From positions 11,154 to 75,153 of IMG/VR virus record IMGVR_UViG_3300048670_000735: 64,000 nt of DNA. One strand, given 5' to 3'. The stretch's first letter is position 1; each line of letters opens with the position of its first letter. The notes under the pieces were generated by a model. It worked only from the letters and a program-made list of their open reading frames with translations, made no database searches and was not told the DNA's origin. Positions 1 to 7,552 of the stretch are shown piece after piece. This DNA comes from a virus. Lineage: Duplodnaviria; Caudoviricetes. A program made the position numbers and the translations under genes.

Positions 1-2
1 AA

Positions 3-617
3 TCATTCTTTAGGATAATTTCACCAGCTGGCTCTGGAAACACATTTGCTATAAATTTATTGAGAGAGTATGTTAAAGACTCCGAGCATGTTAATAGCTA
101 TCATGACTATGATTTTTTTGATAACAAAATGCACAATGTAGCTTTGTTAAGAAACCCGTATGATTCAATTGCATCTAGTGTAGAGCTTAGCCTTGAATTT
201 ATTGATAAAAATCAAATTAAATATAACTTAAAAAATGCCTTAGAAACAAGAATTGAAAAATCAATAAAAGATTACGAATGGTTTTTAAACACATTAAATA
301 AAGAAAAAAATTCATACATTATGATATATTCATTTGATTCTTTAACAAAAGATCCAGAAGAATTTTTAATTAAATTTTCTAATACGTTTAATTTAAATTT
401 AAAAAAATTTAATAAAGAATTATTATCAAAAACCATTTTACAAAAAATGAAAAATCTTGAAATTGAATCAGTTAGAACTCCAAGAGATATAAGTAAAATG
501 AGGTCCATTATAAACAAGGCTGTTTTATATAGCGAGCCCATGAAAGACTTATTTGCTAAATATCAAAAACAATTAGAAAGGGAGAACATAAATGGTAATG
601 CAAGAGCCTCAATTTGA
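3..617 (+). CDS. Sulfotransferase-fold protein, 5'-partial (paralog 1 of 4)
   Basis: Frame is open to the window edge (SFFRIISPAGSGNTFAINLLREY); PSB-like loop SPAGSGNT, 3'-PB motif LLRNPYDSIAS, and YSFDSLTKDPEEF (YEDLxxDP-like). Confidence 0.7.
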   Translation, partial: SFFRIISPAGSGNTFAINLLREYVKDSEHVNSYHDYDFFDNKMHNVALLRNPYDSIASSVELSLEFIDKNQIKYNLKNALETRIEKSIKDYEWFLNTLNKEKNSYIMIYSFDSLTKDPEEFLIKFSNTFNLNLKKFNKELLSKTILQKMKNLEIESVRTPRDISKMRSIINKAVLYSEPMKDLFAKYQKQLERENINGNARASI

Positions 618-1245
618 TGAGACAGTAGGAAAAACTATTAAGGTAATAGCACCTATGGGTTCTGGATGCGTTTTATTTTCTAAACTTTTGCTTCATGTTT
701 GTGACGACATTAGCATAACGTCTGGGCAGGGCATAAAAGACGAATGGTTTGGCAATAATTGGCCAGAAATGATGGATCAAGAAGATCCTTTTGTTTATAT
801 ATTAAGAGATCCAGTAGATTCAGTAACTCAAAATGTAAAAATTTTTATGAAGTTTAAAGAAGGATATGACAAGCTATTTCAAGAAGAAGATCATCTACAA
901 ACTTCAATTTCTATTGCATTAGGAAAATATGAAATGCTTTTTACTAAATCAAAAGAAAAAGAAAATATTTTTAAAATTACCTATGAGTCAATGTTTACAA
1001 ATCCAAACCAAACTATTAAGAATTTTGTAAACTTTTTTAATTTGGAGCTAAATGATAAATATTCTGACTCTATTACAATAAAAGATATTTATCCAAAAAT
1101 AGCAGGAACACATCTTTCATTTTGGATACCAGACAATCACACCTCTGCATTTACTGAAATTGAAGATAAAGTTCGTAACAACGAAGCAGTAAAAGAAATG
1201 CAAAAAAAATATTTTGAGTACAAAAAGGAGATAGAGGCTTGCTAA
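592..1245 (+). CDS. Sulfotransferase-fold protein (paralog 2)
   Basis: IAPMGSGC, YILRDPVDSV, ITYESMFTNPNQT motifs. Confidence 0.65.
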   Translation: MVMQEPQFDETVGKTIKVIAPMGSGCVLFSKLLLHVCDDISITSGQGIKDEWFGNNWPEMMDQEDPFVYILRDPVDSVTQNVKIFMKFKEGYDKLFQEEDHLQTSISIALGKYEMLFTKSKEKENIFKITYESMFTNPNQTIKNFVNFFNLELNDKYSDSITIKDIYPKIAGTHLSFWIPDNHTSAFTEIEDKVRNNEAVKEMQKKYFEYKKEIEAC

Positions 1246-1829
1246 TTATAAACTCTAGTCCTGGATCAGGAAATACTTATTGCAGTGTACTATTGGAAGA
1301 AACTTTGGGCTATTGGGTTGAAGTATTTCATCGTCCAGATGCGTTAAACGAAAAAAGAAATCAAATTACTTTGTTTAAAAACCCATACGATTCAATATTA
1401 TCTGCTTTAGAAAAACATTTTCAAGACGTACACCCATCTCTTCAGCCATTTGATATAAACAATGAAGATGAGGTCAGACATAATATAAAAAACTACGTTA
1501 GGCTTTACAACATATATCTTGATGACTATAAAAAAGATCATATTTATCCTGTAACCTATGAATATTTAAGAAATGACCCAATTGATTTTGTTACATCTGT
1601 TGCAAACTTTTTTAATTTAGAAATAGCTAATAAAAACATTAGTGAAGCTAAGGTTTTACAAATAATTGACGAAAAGCGTCTTCGTTTAGAACATATAAGA
1701 AAAAGATTAATTCCTGTAAAAGAAAAAGAATCTTTAAAAAAATTTTTAACATCAAATGATTCTTTAAAACAAGTTTACGAAAGATATAATGAGCATAAGG
1801 AATTTTTTATAAATGTCAATACTAATTAA
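1239..1829 (+). CDS. Sulfotransferase-fold protein (paralog 3)
   Basis: INSSPGSGNTY, LFKNPYDSILS, VTYEYLRNDPIDF motifs; TTG start overlaps the previous stop. Confidence 0.7.
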   Translation: MLIINSSPGSGNTYCSVLLEETLGYWVEVFHRPDALNEKRNQITLFKNPYDSILSALEKHFQDVHPSLQPFDINNEDEVRHNIKNYVRLYNIYLDDYKKDHIYPVTYEYLRNDPIDFVTSVANFFNLEIANKNISEAKVLQIIDEKRLRLEHIRKRLIPVKEKESLKKFLTSNDSLKQVYERYNEHKEFFINVNTN

Positions 1830-2412
1830 TTCTCCAGAGGGATCTGGAAATAGTTTTGCAAAAGCAGCTTTGTACAATATAGGATGCTCAGCAAGCCTTA
1901 AGCATAATTATAAACTTTTAAATTCTGGAGAAGATAATATTTTTATATTAAGAAGTCCTTATGACTGCATTTTATCGGCTATGGAGTTACCATTTTTAAA
2001 TGACAAAAGCAGGGAAGGAAAAGTTGATTTAAGTCATCCACAAACAAACGAAGAGATAGATAGGCACATCAAGCAATACTTAAACTATTTAGATAATTAT
2101 AATAATGAAAAAGTTTATGCTTTAACATTTGAATTTTTAACCAGTAATCCTAAAAAATTTGTACAAAACGTTGTATCAAAATTTGAAACAAAAGTTTATA
2201 AAAGTAATTTTGATTTTATTACAGAAGAATCTGTTATAAAAACATTAATAAAGAAGAATCCAAATAGAGCGCCAATTAGAGATGATAATCCAAGAAAAAA
2301 AATAAATCTTAGAAGTGAAATAAAAGAATATTTAAATGAAGATAAAAGAATGAAAGATTTGTTTCCTATTTATATAGAACATAAGAATATATTGCAGTCA
2401 ACTGAAATATAG
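1813..2412 (+). CDS. Sulfotransferase-fold protein (paralog 4)
   Basis: INSPEGSGNSF, FILRSPYDCILS, LTFEFLTSNPKKF motifs. Confidence 0.7.
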   Translation: MSILINSPEGSGNSFAKAALYNIGCSASLKHNYKLLNSGEDNIFILRSPYDCILSAMELPFLNDKSREGKVDLSHPQTNEEIDRHIKQYLNYLDNYNNEKVYALTFEFLTSNPKKFVQNVVSKFETKVYKSNFDFITEESVIKTLIKKNPNRAPIRDDNPRKKINLRSEIKEYLNEDKRMKDLFPIYIEHKNILQSTEI

Positions 2413-2420
2413 GGTATACT
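2392..2420 (+). promoter_or_regulatory. Sigma70/SigA-type promoter, leaderless
   Basis: TTGCAG-17-TATACT, ATG 6 nt downstream at 2427. Confidence 0.6.
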
Positions 2421-2426
2421 ATAAAC

Positions 2427-2549
2427 ATGAAATGTGATTTTTGCGAAAACCCAAAGTATGTAGAGCGTCTTAACGCTAAAGGCATACTTGAAAATTTTTG
2501 CACAAAGTGCATAGAAAAAGTTGTTCTGCAAACAAAGGGCGGGAAATGA
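2427..2549 (+). CDS. 40-aa CxxC...CxxC zinc-ribbon microprotein
   Basis: Hand translation MKCDFCENPKYVERLNAKGILENFCTKCIEKVVLQTKGGK; directly behind a promoter. Confidence 0.6.
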   Translation: MKCDFCENPKYVERLNAKGILENFCTKCIEKVVLQTKGGK

Positions 2550-2626
2550 AATTAATGCTTAAGATCGGGATTGTAGTAGTCCTAGTTAATATATGTGGGT
2601 TAATCCTACAACTATATATAAACTAG
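2546..2626 (+). CDS. 26-aa hydrophobic microprotein
   Basis: MKLMLKIGIVVVLVNICGLILQLYIN; ATGA overlap with the previous gene. Confidence 0.45.
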   Translation: MKLMLKIGIVVVLVNICGLILQLYIN

Positions 2627-2700
2627 GGGATATAGCTTAATCTGGTTAAAGCACTTGTCTTATATACAATAGATTCTGGGTTCAAATCCCAGTGTCCCTA
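2626..2700 (+). tRNA. tRNA-Ile, anticodon UAU
   Basis: Acceptor GGGGATA/TGTCCCT+A; D-arm GCTT..AAGC; anticodon loop CT-TAT-AT (TAT at 2661-2663); T-arm CTGGG-TTCAAAT-CCCAG; CCA not encoded. Confidence 0.85.
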
Positions 2701-2714
2701 CAAAGGAGTAGAAT

Positions 2715-2825
2715 ATGAATAACAACGTAATAGTACCTGATGAATGGCCAAAACATAAAAAAATTAAATTTCTTGGCATAACAGTATTATTTGTAGTAAT
2801 ATTATTATTAATCTCAGTCAACTAG
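2715..2825 (+). CDS. 36-aa single-TM microprotein
   Basis: AAGGAG Shine-Dalgarno; MNNNVIVPDEWPKHKKIKFLGITVLFVVILLLISVN. Confidence 0.6.
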   Translation: MNNNVIVPDEWPKHKKIKFLGITVLFVVILLLISVN

Positions 2826-2832
2826 GATATAT

Positions 2833-2976
2833 ATGAAGAAGTTATGGGCAGGAATAAGTGGCATTGCGATAGCAATCCTTTCAGGAGTTGCATTGTCTAA
2901 ATTTTTAAAATGGGCGGGACAAGAAGAAATCTTTGATTTCGACCTAGATGAAGATATAGATAATGAAAACTTCTAA
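2833..2976 (+). CDS. 47-aa TM microprotein with acidic tail
   Basis: MKKLWAGISGIAIAILSGVALSKFLKWAGQEEIFDFDLDEDIDNENF. Confidence 0.6.
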   Translation: MKKLWAGISGIAIAILSGVALSKFLKWAGQEEIFDFDLDEDIDNENF

Positions 2977-3049
2977 ACTATATCGGTCAATACTCTGGCT
3001 ATCTTGGATTCTTATTGGAATATACTACGCAATACTCCTAATATGGTAA
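2963..3049 (+). CDS. 28-aa single-TM microprotein
   Basis: MKTSKLYRSILWLSWILIGIYYAILLIW; overlaps both neighbours in operon style. Confidence 0.5.
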   Translation: MKTSKLYRSILWLSWILIGIYYAILLIW

Positions 3050-3309
3050 ATAAGGACGAATCGGACAATCTAGCGAAATATCTAGCCGATGTGAGATATA
3101 GAGAAAACAATTACTTTGAAGCTAACAATCTGATGGCTAGCTCTTCGCTAGAATGGGTCATAGAAGTCCTACAAGGGCGTTTAGCCAAATGTTTGAATGC
3201 AAGTTCAGGGGTATGTGACATATGGTACATAGAAAGCCATTCTGACTGTTTACTGTTAATGGATCTATTGTACCAATTTAGTCGAGATGAGAAATATAAT
3301 GTTAAATAG
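3043..3309 (+). CDS. Hypothetical protein
   Basis: ORF track 3004..3309; ATG at 3043 overlapping the upstream stop is the likelier start. Confidence 0.55.
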   Translation: MVNKDESDNLAKYLADVRYRENNYFEANNLMASSSLEWVIEVLQGRLAKCLNASSGVCDIWYIESHSDCLLLMDLLYQFSRDEKYNVK

Positions 3310-3390
3310 GTTCTTCTACCGCCGCCGCACTTCAATTTTTTCACTTTTGCACTATTTGTCCAATATATACACGAATGGTAGAATTTAATA

Positions 3391-4887
3391 ATGAGTAAAC
3401 CAAATATTGTTATTGTAGGTGGCGGCACCGCAGGCTGGCTATCTGCTCTATTTGCTAAAAAGAGATATCCAGAAGCCAACGTAACTGTAATAGAAAGCAC
3501 CGAAATTGGAATCATAGGTGCGGGCGAAGGAACAGTGCCTATGGTTGTTACCCTTTTTGAACAGCTAGGCATCAGTTTAAAAGATTTAATTGCAAATACA
3601 AAATCTACTATTAAAAATGGTATAAAGTTTACTAACTGGTCAGAAGATGGCGGAAGCTATTTCCATGGGTTTACTTTTTATCCTGAAACTGCTGAAGATC
3701 TTAAATCTATTGATTTTGAAAATAAAGATTTTCCAAACTCAAGGCTATTTGCCTATGGCAAAAAAATAAATGATGAAGATTTTTGTTTTTTTACAATGAT
3801 ATCTGATCAAAACAAAATCCCATACACAGAAGAAGAAGGTAGATACAAAAAGCATGGATCTCATGCCTTGCATTTTGATGCAAGAGTGCTAGCTAAATTT
3901 CTAAAAGAAAAAAGCTTAGAGAGAGGAATCATTCATATTGATTCTAAAGTTGTTGATTCAGAAATATCAGGAAATAGCGTAGTATCAGTTACACTAGAAG
4001 ATACAACAACTATAAATACCGATTTTGTAGTAGATGCCACAGGATTTGCAAGGTACTTTATTGGAAATTCTTTGGGTGGAAAGTGGATAAGTTATTCAGA
4101 CAATTTACCAGCAGATTCCGCACAAGCATTTTTTTTAAAGATTGAAAACAAAGAAGAGATAGAGCCATACACAGAATCTACCGCAAGAGATTACGGTTGG
4201 GTTTGGAAAATTCCACTTCAACACAGGTACGGATGTGGCTACGTATATGATTCAAGGCTGGTATCTAATGAAGATATAAGAAAAGAAATTGTTGAAAAGT
4301 ATGGAGATGTTGAATTTATAAAGCAGTTTAAATTCGAACCTGGAGCTTTTGAAGATATCTGGATTGGCAACTGCATTGCCGTTGGTCTATCAGCAGGATT
4401 TGTAGAGCCACTAGAAGCTACATCATTGCAGCAAACTGCAACAACACTAAACAGAGTGTTTCATGAAGACGTAGAAGCGCTAAGCCCTGGCGACTACAGA
4501 GGGCATATAAATAGAAAATGCTTTAAAGATTCTGAAGCAATAAAAGATTTTATATATTTACACTACATGACAAACAAAACAAATAACGATTTTTGGAAAA
4601 ACTTTACATTAAATAATAAAATGCCAGATTCTTTAAAAGAAACGTATAAAAAAATTATTGATGTTGATGAAATAAAAATCTACGATCTTTTATGGCCAGA
4701 GTACAGCTATTATATTGTTGCTAAAGGCAATGGAATAATGGATGAAAATAACTTATCTAATTTTTCAAAAAAATACGAAAAATTTAATCAAGAAATACAA
4801 GAAAATTTTGAAGTAGAAAAGGCTTTGTCTAAAAAATCTATAAAGCACTATGACTTTTTAAAATTAAACGGAGGCTTCAATGAGTAA
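3391..4887 (+). CDS. Flavin-dependent halogenase (tryptophan halogenase/PrnA family)
   Basis: GGGTAG FAD motif, IGAGEGT, Lys in STIKNGIKF at the PrnA K79-equivalent position, WVWKIP, FVEPLEATS; leaderless promoter TTGTCC-17-TAGAAT-6-ATG. Confidence 0.9.
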   Translation: MSKPNIVIVGGGTAGWLSALFAKKRYPEANVTVIESTEIGIIGAGEGTVPMVVTLFEQLGISLKDLIANTKSTIKNGIKFTNWSEDGGSYFHGFTFYPETAEDLKSIDFENKDFPNSRLFAYGKKINDEDFCFFTMISDQNKIPYTEEEGRYKKHGSHALHFDARVLAKFLKEKSLERGIIHIDSKVVDSEISGNSVVSVTLEDTTTINTDFVVDATGFARYFIGNSLGGKWISYSDNLPADSAQAFFLKIENKEEIEPYTESTARDYGWVWKIPLQHRYGCGYVYDSRLVSNEDIRKEIVEKYGDVEFIKQFKFEPGAFEDIWIGNCIAVGLSAGFVEPLEATSLQQTATTLNRVFHEDVEALSPGDYRGHINRKCFKDSEAIKDFIYLHYMTNKTNNDFWKNFTLNNKMPDSLKETYKKIIDVDEIKIYDLLWPEYSYYIVAKGNGIMDENNLSNFSKKYEKFNQEIQENFEVEKALSKKSIKHYDFLKLNGGFNE

Positions 4888-5158
4888 TATAAAATATGTT
4901 TTATCAAAGATGAAAAGCAAGTCATACTGGAATAAAGTTAATACTATAGAGTTTATATCGTTTATGACAAAGGTCACTATTATTGTCCCAGGCCTTCTTT
5001 TTGGGATGCAATGGTGGTGGCTTTATATTTTTGCATTAGTATCTAGCATGTCTTTAATATGGACATCAACAAGAAAGACTTTGCCAACAATTATTATATT
5101 TAATGTAATTTGGTGTTGCTTAGCTACTGCGGCGATTATTAAACACTTTATTTTTTAA
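4880..5158 (+). CDS. Small multi-TM membrane protein
   Basis: Three hydrophobic segments; overlaps the halogenase stop. Confidence 0.7.
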   Translation: MSNIKYVLSKMKSKSYWNKVNTIEFISFMTKVTIIVPGLLFGMQWWWLYIFALVSSMSLIWTSTRKTLPTIIIFNVIWCCLATAAIIKHFIF

Positions 5159-5297
5159 ATCTTTTAGCTTGTTATAAATATAATTTATTCTTTGTTCGAT
5201 TTTTTGTTCAATTTTTCCAGCACGACTTTCATATTTATAATAATCTGTTTGAAAATATGGACTACGCATCATTTTGCTAAAATGGTCCCTAGGCATA

Positions 5298-6155
5298 CTA
5301 GTGCTCTTTAAACTCCGACATAAATTTTTCAGCAAGGTCTACACCCTCTAAACCAGATTGCTGCATTTCTTGTATGCGCTCTGGAGTAAACATAGGGTTT
5401 ACTTTTAAAGGCTTAATCCAAATATCAATTTCTTCTTCAGTGCGATTACCAATTTGTTTGTAGTACTCTTCTGTTTTGTAATTATAGAAAGTTCCTGGGT
5501 TATCTTCAGCTTTTAAAGAAAAATTAGAAAAAGCAAATCTAATACCAGACTCGACTTCTCTAACACCGTGGCTGTATGGATCAAATGCACTGTGTATGAT
5601 TAAATCGCCTCTTTCAGGCTGGTACTCAAAGCAACCTTCAAATCTATTTCCTTCTTCTTTTAATGTTCCGTCGACATTAACGTCTGGATAATAAATTGCT
5701 CCTCCAGTAAAATGTCCAAAATATGCAACAAGACCGTAATCGATTAGACAGCATGTTGCGTACTTGTCATCTTGAGAAAGTCTGTGGCATTGTCCTTTTC
5801 CAGGACTATCTGAGTGGCAAAACATTCCGCCATCTCCAGGTCTAACATTTAATATTGATTGAGACGGATGTATAACATAGTGTGGGTGTAATATTTCACT
5901 TACAAGCTCCCAAAATTCTAAAAGACGTGTAGGTCTAGGAGAAACCTTATCTACATACCAGCTTATTAAACTCTTGTCGTATTTATTTTTATCTCTGTCG
6001 TCTTTTTCTAAAAGTTCTTTTTCAAGATCAAGCATAAGATCTTCAGGTATAAAGTTTTTAAACAGAAATATGCCGCTAGGTGTGCCATATGCATCCACGT
6101 AACTCGATAATTTTATACAATCTGGTCGGTCATAGAAATACATTTTTTCCCCCAT
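5298..6155 (-). CDS. 2OG-Fe(II) oxygenase (prolyl-4-hydroxylase-like)
   Basis: HSD...FTGGAIYY...HGVREVESGIRF: HxD...H triad plus 2OG-binding Arg. Confidence 0.85.
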   Translation of the reverse strand: MGEKMYFYDRPDCIKLSSYVDAYGTPSGIFLFKNFIPEDLMLDLEKELLEKDDRDKNKYDKSLISWYVDKVSPRPTRLLEFWELVSEILHPHYVIHPSQSILNVRPGDGGMFCHSDSPGKGQCHRLSQDDKYATCCLIDYGLVAYFGHFTGGAIYYPDVNVDGTLKEEGNRFEGCFEYQPERGDLIIHSAFDPYSHGVREVESGIRFAFSNFSLKAEDNPGTFYNYKTEEYYKQIGNRTEEEIDIWIKPLKVNPMFTPERIQEMQQSGLEGVDLAEKFMSEFKEH

Positions 6156-6189
6156 TGCAATATGATTAATTGTATCACGAAATTAATAT

Positions 6190-6251
6190 TAAAAACCCCT
6201 AGCTGGAGGCGGATCCAACTAGGGGTGTACAGGGAGCATAACTCAACCTGA
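6190..6251 (-). ncRNA. Candidate ~60-nt two-hairpin small RNA ending in an intrinsic terminator
   Basis: Minus-strand TTGACT(6286-6281)-17-TATACT(6263-6258); transcript CAGGttGAGttatgCTCCCTG, then ACCCCTAGTTGGA-tccgcc-TCCAGCTAGGGGT-TTTT; no plausible ORF. Confidence 0.45.
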
Positions 6252-6282
6252 ATTTAAAGTATATTATATCTTTTAGGTAAAG

Positions 6283-6528
6283 TCAATTATTTTCTTCAGA
6301 GGGTTTAAATGAAGGAACAGGCCCTAAGAGATAGCCTTCTTCGTGATACTTAATCATTTTTTCAGTATCTTCATTTCCAACAACCTTATTAGAAATTAAA
6401 GAAAGCAAATCATAGATTCTATGCAACATTATGTATGTAACCATAGGCAGGTTGTCCTCTAAGTCAGAGGACTCATTTTTATTCTGGTCTTCCTGCATCT
6501 TGCCAAAAAATTTCTCTACCCATTGCAT
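6283..6528 (-). CDS. Hypothetical protein
   Basis: ORF track; true start may be the internal MQEDQ. Confidence 0.6.
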   Translation of the reverse strand: MQWVEKFFGKMQEDQNKNESSDLEDNLPMVTYIMLHRIYDLLSLISNKVVGNEDTEKMIKYHEEGYLLGPVPSFKPSEENN

Positions 6529-6589
6529 CAGTTTCTTTAATTTGAACTGATTCGTTTTCTATTTTGCAAATACAATTTCCATTACACAT
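6479..6589 (-). CDS. 36-aa hypothetical microprotein
   Basis: Hand translation MCNGNCICKIENESVQIKETDAMGREIFWQDAGRPE; GAGGAG SD upstream; fills the gap between two minus-strand genes. Confidence 0.5.
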   Translation of the reverse strand: MCNGNCICKIENESVQIKETDAMGREIFWQDAGRPE

Positions 6590-6797
6590 TTATATTCTCC
6601 TCAACACCTTTTACTATTTTATCATATGTTGACTTTCCAATATTATTTTTATATTTACACTCTAAGCAATATAAATAAATATTTTCTTCTAAATCTTGAT
6701 TACAAAAAAGAATGGATTGGTCTACTGGGCATAAAAGCTTTTCAACCAATCCTTCTTCTGACATGGAGATGTAAGTTGATACGTATTGTATCCTCAT
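6582..6797 (-). CDS. Small zinc-ribbon-like protein
   Basis: CPVD...CLEC; GGAG SD. Confidence 0.65.
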   Translation of the reverse strand: MRIQYVSTYISMSEEGLVEKLLCPVDQSILFCNQDLEENIYLYCLECKYKNNIGKSTYDKIVKGVEENINV

Positions 6798-6807
6798 CCC
6801 ATCTCCT

Positions 6808-7356
6808 TTACTTTGTCGGAAATTTTAAATAAAATTCCTTAGCTCTTGGGGTTATCCCCTTCCAAGCTGACCAATCTTGACCGCCATTGGTCATATAATA
6901 CGTTATCTCTGCGTTTGTTACTGGGTCGAATAACTCCTTGTTACTCTGTAGATCAAATTTCTCAAGTCTTTCTAGACCAAGATTTCCAATCATGTTTATT
7001 TGAAATAGTCCGTAAGAACTATCTCCTGTATTCTTATTCCCGTTATATGCAAGCGGTCTTCCATTAGATTCACGCTTTGCTATTGACCAAGCTTTTTTAA
7101 GGCTTAGTCCTTCGAATCCTACAGTCTCAAGTAGTAAAACTAGCTTTTCGTCTGTAAGCATCTCAGATGGCTTGTAAATCTCTTTACTAAAACTATCTAA
7201 GACTTCTTGCTTTAATTGGGCTTCAGTTTTCACTAAAGGCTTTACAGTCAAAGCGCTAGCTTGTGTGTTAGAAAACAAAAACAGTGTTGTCACTGCTATT
7301 ATCGTCCAGTCACGAACTAAATCGCTAAACTGTTGTTTTATATTCTCCATTGGCAT
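6808..7356 (-). CDS. Lysozyme-like/Rpf-like lytic transglycosylase with N-terminal hydrophobic segment
   Basis: AKRESNG (catalytic Glu), SSYGLFQIN, FDPVTNA, WSAW; GGAGG SD. Confidence 0.85.
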   Translation of the reverse strand: MPMENIKQQFSDLVRDWTIIAVTTLFLFSNTQASALTVKPLVKTEAQLKQEVLDSFSKEIYKPSEMLTDEKLVLLLETVGFEGLSLKKAWSIAKRESNGRPLAYNGNKNTGDSSYGLFQINMIGNLGLERLEKFDLQSNKELFDPVTNAEITYYMTNGGQDWSAWKGITPRAKEFYLKFPTK

Positions 7357-7383
7357 TTCCTCCTATAGAGATAACGAACTCTA

Positions 7384-7413
7384 AGAATAGCATTAAATGC
7401 AAACAAGTGTCAA
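7384..7413 (-). promoter_or_regulatory. Sigma70-type promoter of the muramidase operon
   Basis: TTGACA-18-TATTCT with extended TG on the minus strand. Confidence 0.6.
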
Positions 7414-7552
7414 GTTAGTTGACTAAAACAGCATCTCACATAATGATATATAAAAAAATATTTTTTAAGCATAGACCATTAAATAAAAGTTTGATACACT
7501 TAGAACTTCACAAATAAATTACACCGCAAGGCGGAGAAAAGGTCGTATATAA

